This document shows positions 1-9,680 of a DNA stretch of 18,550 bases, piece by piece. Source of the stretch: Chthoniobacteraceae bacterium (GTDB taxonomy: Bacteria; Verrucomicrobiota; Verrucomicrobiia; Chthoniobacterales; Chthoniobacteraceae); the NCBI GenBank assembly GCA_040081625.1, contig JBEBGD010000111.1:1-18550 (forward strand), given 5' to 3'. The notes below the pieces were generated by a model. The model saw only the letters and a program-made list of their open reading frames with translations. It was not told the origin of the DNA and did no database searches. The position numbers were made by a program, and so were the translations under genes. How positions within the stretch are numbered: the first letter of the stretch is position 1; each line of letters starts with the position of its first letter.

Positions 1-1284
<1,284 letters not shown>

Positions 1285-1347
1285 CCGCTATTTTTTCGCG
1301 TTCCTCGGATCGTCGGCGGGAGGGGGCGCGTCAAGGGAACGATGCGG

Positions 1348-1683
1348 TTAGCGGTGGTTCTTGCGCCCTTCCTCCGCTTTGAGAAAGCGTTCGCGGTCGT
1401 CGGGGTTCATCGTGTCGGCGACTTCTTGATGGTGGGCGCGCATTTCCTCCGGGCTGTGCGAGCGAAGCAGGAAGGGATTGCCGCTGCCGTGGAAATTGCG
1501 CTCGATAGCGCGCACGCGGCTGGCTTGCTCGGAGTTGAGATGAAACTCAGCGCTCCAGCGGTTGATGACCCGGTCGAGGTGCCGCGCCGCCCTTGTGGTC
1601 GTGTAGATGTGGAACCATCCGAGAATGAGGACGAGGGCTCCGAACACCCAGGCGAAGAGTCCCCATCTGTCGCGTCGGCTCAT
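1348..1683 (-). CDS. Small membrane-anchored periplasmic helical protein, heavy-metal-sensor (CnrX/Spy-CpxP-like) type, ~111 aa
   Basis: MSRRDR followed by one hydrophobic helix (WGLFAWVFGALVLILGWF), then WSAEFHLNSEQASRVRAIE and MRAHHQEVADTMNPDDRERF, which resemble LTxxQ-type helical hairpins. Last gene of the minus string. ATG at 1683 preferred over GTG at 1743. Confidence 0.6.
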   Translation of the reverse strand: MSRRDRWGLFAWVFGALVLILGWFHIYTTTRAARHLDRVINRWSAEFHLNSEQASRVRAIERNFHGSGNPFLLRSHSPEEMRAHHQEVADTMNPDDRERFLKAEEGRKNHR

Positions 1684-1749
1684 CACGGCTGGCGCGGACG
1701 GATGTCCTTTCTTCGGCTTCTTCGGTTTTCGCGGGCGTTGCACGGCGGC

Positions 1750-3942
1750 TCAGGACTTGGGCGCTTTGAGCAAGCGGAGCGCGTTGGCGATGACCAGCAG
1801 CGTCGCGCCCGTGTCCGCGAGGATGGCGAGCCACAGGCTCGTGTAGCCAAGCAGCGCGAGGACGAGGAAGACGGCTTTGATCGCGAGGGCGAAGGCGATG
1901 TTGAACTGTATGATGCCGACGGTGCGCCGCCCGAGCGCGATGGCTTCGGCGACTTTGCCGAGGTCGTCCTGCATCAGCGCCACGTCGGCGGTTTCGATCG
2001 CGGTGTCGGTGCCGGCCTGGCCCATCGCGATGCCGATGCTCGCCGCGGCCATCGCGGGCGCGTCGTTCACGCCGTCGCCGATCATGCCGACGTGTTTGAA
2101 CTTTGCGGTGAGTTCGCGGATGCGGGCGATCTTGTCGTCGGGCAAAAGGTCACCGTGGGCTTCGTCGATGCCGGCCTGCTTCGCGATGGCGTCGGCGGTG
2201 CGCTGGTTGTCGCCGCTGAGCATCACGACTTTCTCGACGCCCGCCGCGTGAATGGCGCGCAGCGCGTCGGCGGCGTGGGCGCGGATCGTATCGCCGATGG
2301 CGAGGATGCCGAGCACTTCGCCAGCGCAGTCGGCGTGCGGCTTGTGGCCGACGACGACGACCGATTGCGCCGCGGCTTCGATCTCCGCGAGGCGCTGCTC
2401 GACCTCCGGCGTGCAGATGCCGAGTTCGTGCGCGAAGCGGTGATTGCCGACGAAGTAACGATGCCCGGCGATGGTCGCTTCCGCTCCGCGACCGCTGAGC
2501 GACTGGTAATCTTCGCTGCGCTCGAAAATGATCTTCCGCTCCGTGGCGTAAGCGACGACGGCGAGGGCGAGCGGATGTTCGGAGTGCGTGTCGATGCCAG
2601 CGGCGATGCGCACGATCTCCTCCTCGGCGCCCTTCAACGTCACGACCTTCGCGACGCGCGGTTTGCCTTCGGTGATCGTGCCGGTCTTATCCACGGCGAG
2701 CGCGCGCAGTTTGCCGATGGATTCGAGGTGCGCGCCGCCTTTGATGAGCACGCCACGCCGCGCCATCGCGGTGAGGCCGGAGACGATCGAGACGGGCGTG
2801 GAAATGACGAGCGCGCACGGACACGCGATGACGAGCAGCACGAGCGCGCGGTAAAACCACACGCCCCACGCGCCCCCGAAAAGCAGCGGCGGCACGAGCA
2901 GGACGATCAATGCCACGGCCATGACCGCAGGCGTGTAGTAGCGCGCGAAGACATCCACGAACCGCTGCGCGGGAGCCTTCTGCGCCTGCGCCTCGCCGAC
3001 GAGCCGCACGATCTTCGCGAGCATCGTGTCGCCGCTCGCTTTGGTGACGCGGACTTCGAGCGCGCCTTCGCCATTGATCGTGCCCGCGAAAACGCCGTCG
3101 CCGACTTTCTTCTCCACCGGCATCGACTCGCCGGTGATCGGCGCTTGATTCACCGCCGATGCGCCCGACGTCACCTCGCCATCGAGCGGCACGCGCGAGC
3201 CGGATTTCACGGCGACGATTTCATCGAGCTTCACGTTCGCGACAGGCACCTCCACGAATTCCTCGCCACGCTTCACCAGCGCCGTCTCGGGCGCGAGAGC
3301 GAGCAGCGATTCGATGGCCCGCCGCGCCCGCTGCACGCTGAACGCCTCCAGCAATTCGGAGACGCCGAAAAGGAAAGTAACCGCTGCGCCTTCGCTCCAC
3401 TCGCCGATGACCGCCGCGCCGACGACGGCGACGAGCATGAGCAGATTCATGTCCGGCGCGAAACGGCGCGCGGCAGCGATGGCCTTCGGGAAAATGAACC
3501 AGCCTCCCGCCACGATCGCCGCAGCATTGATCGCGATGAGCACCGGCGCGGGCGCGGCCTTCGTCCAGTGCAGCACCAAGCCCAGCCCGGTGAGCAGCCC
3601 GGCTGCGCCCACGAGCAGCGCGCGCGTGCGGTTCGCTTCGCCCCCGTGTTCGTCCGGCGCGCTGCCAGCGAGCCGCGCTTTCATGCCCGTCGGCTCGATG
3701 GCCGCGATCAATGTCTCGCCGGTCACGCTCGCGTCGTGCGCGATGGTGACGCGGCTGGCGATGAGATTCACGCTCAGCCCGCGCACGCCGGGCAACGGCT
3801 TGAGCACGCTTTCGAGCACCGCGATTTCTTCCGAACAATCCATCCCGCTGACGGCGAGTTCCGTGCGCCGCTCGGAAACGGGCAGCGCGGCGGGAGATTG
3901 TGCGGGTGAGGCGTCGGCTTCGTGATCGTGCGGATGGTTCAT
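1750..3942 (-). CDS. cadA: Zn/Cd/Pb-translocating P1B-2 type ATPase (CadA/ZntA family), ~730 aa
   Basis: His-rich start MNHPHDHE, HMA domain GMDCSEE, TGES, IACPCALVIS, DKTGT, SEHPLA, GDGVNDAP. K in TM7 (AIKAVF) and D in TM8 (LADTG) indicate P1B-2. ATG at 3942 overlaps the czcD stop (ATGA); the ORF-track extension to 4659 is spurious. Confidence 0.92.
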   Translation of the reverse strand: MNHPHDHEADASPAQSPAALPVSERRTELAVSGMDCSEEIAVLESVLKPLPGVRGLSVNLIASRVTIAHDASVTGETLIAAIEPTGMKARLAGSAPDEHGGEANRTRALLVGAAGLLTGLGLVLHWTKAAPAPVLIAINAAAIVAGGWFIFPKAIAAARRFAPDMNLLMLVAVVGAAVIGEWSEGAAVTFLFGVSELLEAFSVQRARRAIESLLALAPETALVKRGEEFVEVPVANVKLDEIVAVKSGSRVPLDGEVTSGASAVNQAPITGESMPVEKKVGDGVFAGTINGEGALEVRVTKASGDTMLAKIVRLVGEAQAQKAPAQRFVDVFARYYTPAVMAVALIVLLVPPLLFGGAWGVWFYRALVLLVIACPCALVISTPVSIVSGLTAMARRGVLIKGGAHLESIGKLRALAVDKTGTITEGKPRVAKVVTLKGAEEEIVRIAAGIDTHSEHPLALAVVAYATERKIIFERSEDYQSLSGRGAEATIAGHRYFVGNHRFAHELGICTPEVEQRLAEIEAAAQSVVVVGHKPHADCAGEVLGILAIGDTIRAHAADALRAIHAAGVEKVVMLSGDNQRTADAIAKQAGIDEAHGDLLPDDKIARIRELTAKFKHVGMIGDGVNDAPAMAAASIGIAMGQAGTDTAIETADVALMQDDLGKVAEAIALGRRTVGIIQFNIAFALAIKAVFLVLALLGYTSLWLAILADTGATLLVIANALRLLKAPKS

Positions 3943-4871
3943 GGAATCTTTTCGCGTTCGGACTGGCACGCGTCGCCTTCGAGTTCCGTCTCGATGGTGA
4001 TGTGCTCGAAATCGTGCGGCTCGAGCAACTCGCGGACGCGCAGCTTCGCCGTGCTGGCGTCTTCGGCGCTGGCGCTGCGCGGGAGGACGAGGTGCGTCGA
4101 GAAGACGTGGCGCTCGCCGTCGATGGACCAACTGTGCGTGTGATGGATCGACTGCACGCCGGGCAGCGTCGCGACTTCCTCGGAAAATTTCGCCGCGTCG
4201 AATGAGGCGGGCGCGCTTTGCAGGAAGACGAGAAAGACGCGCTTCATGCTGCGGATCACGTTCCAGAGCACGAAGAGCGAGATCGCGATGGAGAGAAGCG
4301 GATCGAGGATCGGCAGTCCCCACAACGCCATCGCGATGCTGCCGGCGAGCACGGCGACCCAGCCGAGCACGTCTTCGAGCAAGTGCCAGCTCACGACTTT
4401 TTCCTCGAGCTTGCTGCTGCCGCGCAGGCGCAGCACGGCGGCGCCATTCACGGCGATGCCGATGATCGCGAGGACGATCATGCCCGGCGCTTGCACCGGC
4501 TCCGGCGCGAAGAGCCGCGGCACGGCTTTGCCGATGATGAAGACGAGTCCGGCGAGCAGCACGAGGCCCGTGATGAGCGCGCCGAGCACCGAGAAGCGGC
4601 GGTAGCCGTAGGTGAAAGTGGCATCGCTGCGGCGGCGGGCGACGCGTTGCAAAAACCACGCGACGCCGATGGATGCAGTATCGCCGGCGTCGTGCAGCGC
4701 GTCGGTCAGGATGGCGAGGCTGTTGGTCCAGAGGCCGCCGACGACTTCGAGAATGGCGAAGCCGAGGTTGAGGAAAAACGGCAGCGCGAGATTCCCGCCT
4801 TCGCCGCCATGGCTGTGCCCGTGCGAATGTCCGCCTTCTCCGCTGGTGGAATGTCCGTGATCGTGGGCCAT
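3939..4871 (-). CDS. czcD: Cation diffusion facilitator (CzcD/ZitB-like Zn/Co/Cd transporter), 310 aa
   Basis: His-rich N-terminus (HDHGH...HSHGHSH), SLAILTDALHDAGD, FTYGYRRF, WHLLED, HHTHSWSIDG and HITIETE in the C-terminal domain. Confidence 0.93.
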   Translation of the reverse strand: MAHDHGHSTSGEGGHSHGHSHGGEGGNLALPFFLNLGFAILEVVGGLWTNSLAILTDALHDAGDTASIGVAWFLQRVARRRSDATFTYGYRRFSVLGALITGLVLLAGLVFIIGKAVPRLFAPEPVQAPGMIVLAIIGIAVNGAAVLRLRGSSKLEEKVVSWHLLEDVLGWVAVLAGSIAMALWGLPILDPLLSIAISLFVLWNVIRSMKRVFLVFLQSAPASFDAAKFSEEVATLPGVQSIHHTHSWSIDGERHVFSTHLVLPRSASAEDASTAKLRVRELLEPHDFEHITIETELEGDACQSEREKIP

Positions 4872-4872
4872 G

Positions 4873-5697
4873 TTACTTCAGCAGATTGGTGAGCGAGATG
4901 CGGAGGATCTGCCGGTTCCGATGCACGATCGCCTCAACCGTGTGAGGCGATGTGAACACGAGCGTAGTCTCGCGCAGGAAGCCGTCGTATGGCTCGCTCT
5001 CGACCCCATCGAGCACCACGAGCACACTACCGGCCTGGCCCGCCATGTGCGCCCAATGTTTGCTGTCGGGACCGAAAACGAGTTCGCCTCCGCCATCGTA
5101 TTCCTTGCCCACTTTTCCATCGACAATCGCCAGCCATTTCACCCCGCGCTTTGCGACGTAGCCGAGCCGCTGGCTGTCCGGGCTGAAGACCGGGCCGGAG
5201 GCGTGCAAGCCGTCAAACGCCGGCTGCTCGACGCCATCGACGACGAGGAAACTCTCGTCGCCCCGCTCGGCGAGATGCACGAAACGCTTGCTGTCGGGGC
5301 TGAACGTCACGCGACCAACGGCCTCGTATTCTTTTCCTTCCACGCCATCGACGACGATCACCTTGCGACTCTTGCGGCCGGCCACGAATGCGACGCGCTG
5401 GCTGTCGGGGCTGAATAGCGGGTCCATCTTTCCGACCGCGTCGTATTTTTTGCCCTCGATGTCATCGACGACGAGCCACCACTTGTCGCCCTCCGCGGAC
5501 TTGCGAAAAAAGGCGATCCGCGTGCGGTCCGGGCTGACTGAAATCGACGTGGGCGCAGTGCCTTCCAACACGCGTCCCATCTTGACCTCAAGCGCGGTCA
5601 GCTCATTCGGTTGCGGCTCTTCCGCCGCGATAACCGACCCCGTGATCGCGACCGCGAGGAAAAGCCGGGGCAGCACTTTTGAAATGTGGCCGTTCAT
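4873..5697 (-). CDS. Secreted TolB/WD40-like (PD40-type) beta-propeller repeat protein, ~274 aa
   Basis: AAGGAG upstream of ATG 5697. Signal-peptide-like LFLAVAITGSVIA-AEE. Five ~38-aa repeats of FSPDSxRxA...VVDGxEGxxYD plus a degenerate sixth. Stop lies 1 nt before the czcD start. Confidence 0.8.
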   Translation of the reverse strand: MNGHISKVLPRLFLAVAITGSVIAAEEPQPNELTALEVKMGRVLEGTAPTSISVSPDRTRIAFFRKSAEGDKWWLVVDDIEGKKYDAVGKMDPLFSPDSQRVAFVAGRKSRKVIVVDGVEGKEYEAVGRVTFSPDSKRFVHLAERGDESFLVVDGVEQPAFDGLHASGPVFSPDSQRLGYVAKRGVKWLAIVDGKVGKEYDGGGELVFGPDSKHWAHMAGQAGSVLVVLDGVESEPYDGFLRETTLVFTSPHTVEAIVHRNRQILRISLTNLLK

Positions 5698-5901
5698 ACC
5701 ACCGTTCGCTCCTTTCGCCATCGCGCCAAGCGGCCTTGAGCAGCGCCGGTGTGCAGCCACCGCAGGCGCACCGGGCCGACCCGCACGGCTGCTAAAAATG
5801 TTTCGGCAGGCATCGGAAAGGGTCACGGCGGACGCCGGGTGAAGATTTCACGACCGGCGCGAACGAATGTGCGTGCGGCTTCATGATCTTCGGTCCAGAG
5901 C

Positions 5902-5931
5902 CGGGGAGCGGACGCGGTGGTCCGCTCCCCG
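5902..5931 (-). terminator. Perfect 12-bp stem-loop just downstream of Cys-motif protein B (terminator-like or mRNA-stabilising, no U-tract)
   Basis: CGGGGAGCGGAC (5902-5913) pairs with GTCCGCTCCCCG (5920-5931) around a 6-nt loop, 14 nt after the stop codon at 5946. Confidence 0.55.
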
Positions 5932-5945
5932 ATTCGCAGCGGCGG

Positions 5946-6428
5946 TTACTTCTTCTTCTCGGTCTTCTTCTCGTCCTCGTGCGCGCAGATGCAGGCGTAT
6001 TCCTGGTATTTGCACGTCGGGCACTTCTCGAGGTTCAGGTTGAACTTCGCATAGACCGCCTTGCCGCTCGCGCTTGGCTTGATGCTCACGGAGACGGGGA
6101 AGTCGTTGCCCGCCGGGAGCGCATTCGTGGAGACGAGCTTGCCGCCGTCTTCCTTGAACTCGAGCTTCGTCGGTTTGGCGCGGTCGCCGGCGGTGACGGC
6201 GATGACCTGGCCGCTGAGCTTGGCGGGCTTGAGGTCTTCGGTCAGCGCGGTGATTTCGACTTTGCGGTCCTTGGTGACAAGGAATTCCAGGTGCGGCTCG
6301 ACGGCCGTGATGACCATGCCGCCGTTCGGGCCGGCGACTTTCTTTTCGTGTTTGTGGTCCTTCTCCGCGGCGAAGGCCGGGACGGTGAGCGCGAGCGCGG
6401 CGATGAGTTTCAGTGCGATGGACTTCAT
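5946..6428 (-). CDS. Exported hypothetical protein with C-terminal CxxCxxxEYACxC motif (paralog B), 160 aa
   Basis: Signal peptide MKSIALKLIAALALTVPAFA, then DHKHE and AGPNGG, ending CPTCKYQEYACICAH. Homologous to 13101..13535. Confidence 0.88.
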   Translation of the reverse strand: MKSIALKLIAALALTVPAFAAEKDHKHEKKVAGPNGGMVITAVEPHLEFLVTKDRKVEITALTEDLKPAKLSGQVIAVTAGDRAKPTKLEFKEDGGKLVSTNALPAGNDFPVSVSIKPSASGKAVYAKFNLNLEKCPTCKYQEYACICAHEDEKKTEKKK

Positions 6429-6445
6429 GTGGTTTGTTTTTCGGT

Positions 6446-6461
6446 TTTGTTGTTTTGGTTT
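6446..6461 (-). repeat. 16-nt A/C-rich element AAACCAAAACAACAAA, copy 1, upstream of paralog B
   Basis: Plus strand tttgttgttttggttt, identical to 13572-13587. Confidence 0.7.
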
Positions 6462-6512
6462 GGAAGTTGTGGACCGCCGCGGTGTCCAAACCGGCATCAC
6501 GGCGGAGATTTT

Positions 6513-9500
6513 TCAGTGCGAGGCGGGGGCTTCGTTGGCGATGGCGTTCGCTGCGGCTTTGCGGCCGAAGGTGTAGAAGACCGTCGGGGTGACGCCCAAG
6601 CCGAGCAGCGTGCTGGTGATGAGTCCGCCGACGATGACGACGGCGACGGGATGCAGGATTTCCTTGCCCGGCTGATCGGCGGCAAGGACGAGCGGGACGA
6701 GGCCGATGCCGGCGGCGAGCGCGGTCATGAGCACGGGGACGAGGCGCTCTTTCGTGCCGCGGATGACCATCGCCTTGGTGAAATCCTCGCCCTCGTGCTG
6801 CATGAGGTGCAGGTAGTGGCTGATGAGCATGATCGAGTTGCGCGCGGCGACCCCGGCCACGGCGATGAAGCCGACGAGCGTGGCGATGCTGATGTTCCCG
6901 AGCTTGAAATAGGTGAAGATCAGCCCGCCGACGAGCGCGAGCGGGATGTCGCAGATGACCTGCGCGGCGAAGAACGGCGTGCGAAAGTAGCCGTAGAGCA
7001 GGAAGGCGATGATGACGAAAATGACCGCGCTGAGGATGGCGATGCGCCGCGTGGCGTCCTGCTGCGCCTGGAACTCGCCCTCGTAGGTCACAAAGTAGCC
7101 CTCGGGCAGCTTCACTTTTTCCGCGACGGTCTTTTGCATCTGCAAAACGAGCGCGCCCACGTCGCGCACCGTGGGCTTGATGGCGAGGACGAAGCGCCGC
7201 TGCGAGTTTTCGCGGTTGATGACGTTCGGGCCTTTCGCCTCGCGCACGTCGGCGACGAGAGAAAGCGGGAGCCGCTGGATGTGGCCGTCGCCGCCGGAGT
7301 CATGGACTTCGATGGGCAGCTCGGCGAGCTTCTCGGGCGATTCGCGCCATTCGAGCGGCAGGCGCATGACGAGATCGACCGTGCGCTGGCCTTCGCGCAG
7401 CTCGGCGAGTTTTTCGCCGCCGACGAGCGAGGAGACGGTTTCGTTCAACTTCACCGGCGTGATGCCGTAGGCGCGCGCGCGGTCACGGTCAGGTTCGATG
7501 CGGAGCTGCGGGATGGACGATTGCTGGTCGAGCTTGCAGTCCTGGAAACCGGGGATGGCTTTCGCGATGGCCTGAATCTCGATGCCGATTTGCCGCAGCT
7601 TGTCGAGGTCGGGGCCGAAGACCTTGATGGCCACGGGCGCGCTCACGCCGCTGAGCATGTGGCCGATGCGGTCGGCGAGCGGCCCCATCACCACGCTGAA
7701 CGTGCCGGGCACGCCTTTCGCCTTCATTTTTACGTCCTCGAGAATTTCGGCGCGCGAGCGGCCCTTGGGTGCGCCGCCCTTGTGTGTGCTCGGGTCTTCG
7801 CGGAAATCCACGTCGAACTCCGAAGTGCTCACGGGCACGACGTGGTCGCCGCGCTCGGCGCGTCCGAGTCGGCGCCCGACTTTTTTCACCTCGGGGATCG
7901 TGAGCAGTTCGCTCTCGATCACGTCGCTGATGCGGTTCATCTCGTCGAGCGAAGTGCCCGGCGCGGCGGTCGCGGAGACGAGCGCGGTTTCCTCGCGGAA
8001 GGTCGGCAGGAAGTCCTTGCTCATTTGCGGATAGAGCATGAACGCGCCGATGACGATGAGACCGACGACGCCGAGCAGCAGATACGGCTGCGACAGGCCG
8101 AGCCGCAGCAGCGTGTTTTCGAGCACCCATTTCATCAGCCGGACGAACGCGCCGTCCTTGTGCGCCTCGCCTTCCTTGGGCCGCAGCAGCATCCAGCACA
8201 GCACGGGAATCGCAGTGAGCGAGACGATGAACGACGCAATCATCGAGATGATGGTCGCGATGGCGATGGGTGCGAAAAGCTTCCCTTCGACGCCGCTCAG
8301 GCCGAGCAGCGGGAGGAAGACGAGGACGATGAGGACCGTCGCGTAGAAGATGGAGTTTCGCACTTCGGTCGAGGCACGCGCGATGACCTCGAGGCGCGGG
8401 TGCGGCTTGGGCAGCGAGGCGTTTTCGCGTAGGCGCCGCCAGACGTTTTCCATGCCAACGATGGCGTCGTCCACGACCATGCCGATGGCCACGGCGAGAC
8501 CACCGAGCGTCATCGAGTTCACCGAGATGCCCTGCCATTTGAAGACGAGCAGCGTGATGGCGAACGAGAGCGGCATCGCCATCAGCGAGATGAACGTCGT
8601 GCGGAAGTTCAGCAGGAAAAGGAACAGCACCAGCGTGACCATGATGGCGCCATCGCGGATGGCTTCCTTGAGGTTGCCGATGGCGTGCTCGATGAAATCG
8701 CCCTGCCGGAAAAGCACCATGGTCTCGACTCCCGCGGGCAGCACGGGCGCGAGTTCCTTGAGCGCAGCCTCGATTTGCTCGGTGAGCGCGAGGGTGTCGA
8801 AGCCCGGCGCTTTCGTGATGCTCATCACCACGCCGCGCGTGCCGTTCACGCTCGCGTCGCCGCGCATCGGCTCGATGCCCCAGTCCACCTTCGCCACGTC
8901 GCTGATGCTGATGGCGCGGTCGTTCACCTTTTTCACGACCGTGCGCGCGATGTCGTCGAGCTGGACGGTCATGGCGAGGTTGCGCACCATGATTTCCGTT
9001 GGCCCCGTGTTGATGAAGCCGCCGGTCGAATTGCCCGCCGCTTCCTTCGCCGCCGTTTTCAGTTCCTCGAACGTGACCTCGTGCGCGGCCATGCGGTGCG
9101 GGTCGGGCATCACCTGCACCTGCTTGATGCCGCCGCCCATGTTCAGGATTTCCGCGATGCCGGGGATGCTCTGGAGCCGTTTGCGCACCGTCCAGTCCGC
9201 GAGTGAACGCACTTCCATCGCCGGCACTTTCCCATCTGTGCTGCGGATGCCGATGAGCAGGATCTCGCCCATCAGCGACGCGACGGGCGTGAGGAATGGC
9301 GACACGCCCTCCGGCAGCGACTCGCGCACGCCCTGCATCCGCTCCTGCACGAACTGCCGCGCCTTGTAGATGTCCGTGCCCCACGCAAACTCGGCATAGA
9401 TGAGCGAGAGCGACACATCGGAAGCCGAGCGCAGGCGCGTCAGCCCGGCGACGCCCATGAGCGCGCTCTCGATGGGCTGCGTGACATTCGTCTCGACCTC

Positions 9501-9677
9501 CTCCGGCGCGAGGCCGGCCGATTCAGTGAGGATGATGACGGTGGGTTTCGTGAGGTCCGGCAAGACTTCGACCGGCAGTTCCCGCACCGTCTGAAAGCCG
9601 AGCACGAGCAGCAGCAGCGAGGCGCCGATGACGACGGCACGGTTGTGCAGCGAGAAATAGATGAGCTTGTTGAGCAT
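6513..9677 (-). CDS. Heavy-metal efflux RND permease, CusA/CzcA family (AIG..DD..MEN, HME5/NrsA-like signature), 1054 aa
   Basis: LPVEVLPDL, GLAPEEVE, TM4 GGLAVAIGMVVDDAIVGMEN, RLVPVLMTALAA, PVAVVIVGGLITST; full-length RND size. Confidence 0.95.
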   Translation of the reverse strand: MLNKLIYFSLHNRAVVIGASLLLLVLGFQTVRELPVEVLPDLTKPTVIILTESAGLAPEEVETNVTQPIESALMGVAGLTRLRSASDVSLSLIYAEFAWGTDIYKARQFVQERMQGVRESLPEGVSPFLTPVASLMGEILLIGIRSTDGKVPAMEVRSLADWTVRKRLQSIPGIAEILNMGGGIKQVQVMPDPHRMAAHEVTFEELKTAAKEAAGNSTGGFINTGPTEIMVRNLAMTVQLDDIARTVVKKVNDRAISISDVAKVDWGIEPMRGDASVNGTRGVVMSITKAPGFDTLALTEQIEAALKELAPVLPAGVETMVLFRQGDFIEHAIGNLKEAIRDGAIMVTLVLFLFLLNFRTTFISLMAMPLSFAITLLVFKWQGISVNSMTLGGLAVAIGMVVDDAIVGMENVWRRLRENASLPKPHPRLEVIARASTEVRNSIFYATVLIVLVFLPLLGLSGVEGKLFAPIAIATIISMIASFIVSLTAIPVLCWMLLRPKEGEAHKDGAFVRLMKWVLENTLLRLGLSQPYLLLGVVGLIVIGAFMLYPQMSKDFLPTFREETALVSATAAPGTSLDEMNRISDVIESELLTIPEVKKVGRRLGRAERGDHVVPVSTSEFDVDFREDPSTHKGGAPKGRSRAEILEDVKMKAKGVPGTFSVVMGPLADRIGHMLSGVSAPVAIKVFGPDLDKLRQIGIEIQAIAKAIPGFQDCKLDQQSSIPQLRIEPDRDRARAYGITPVKLNETVSSLVGGEKLAELREGQRTVDLVMRLPLEWRESPEKLAELPIEVHDSGGDGHIQRLPLSLVADVREAKGPNVINRENSQRRFVLAIKPTVRDVGALVLQMQKTVAEKVKLPEGYFVTYEGEFQAQQDATRRIAILSAVIFVIIAFLLYGYFRTPFFAAQVICDIPLALVGGLIFTYFKLGNISIATLVGFIAVAGVAARNSIMLISHYLHLMQHEGEDFTKAMVIRGTKERLVPVLMTALAAGIGLVPLVLAADQPGKEILHPVAVVIVGGLITSTLLGLGVTPTVFYTFGRKAAANAIANEAPASH

Positions 9678-9680
9678 GGC

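Noticed and set aside
1285..1347. Bidirectional terminator between the convergent copA and minus-strand genes
   Set aside because: Only a weak CGTTCC/GGAACG pairing with a large loop, and the T-run precedes rather than follows the stem.
1342..3909. 855-aa plus-strand ORF
   Set aside because: Antisense shadow of cadA caused by GC-rich codon bias; no recognisable motifs.
3943..4659. Apparent 239-aa N-terminal extension of the ATPase
   Set aside because: Arg-rich off-frame read of czcD; the ATGA-coupled start at 3942 is more plausible.
4990..5545. Recurring gctgtcgggg-like DNA repeats at ~115-nt spacing as a CRISPR or non-coding array
   Set aside because: Explained by the FSPDS protein repeats of the beta-propeller; degenerate and in frame.
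5698..5931. NiCo or yybP-ykoY riboswitch call
   Set aside because: Conserved core sequences are not recognisable on the sense strand; kept only as a generic structured-leader hypothesis.
5883..8432. 849-aa plus-strand ORF (also 9645..10928)
   Set aside because: Antisense shadow of the RND and adaptor genes.
7489..9384. 631-aa same-strand alternative-frame ORF inside the RND gene
   Set aside because: Arg/Gly/Ala-rich composition typical of off-frame GC-rich sequence.
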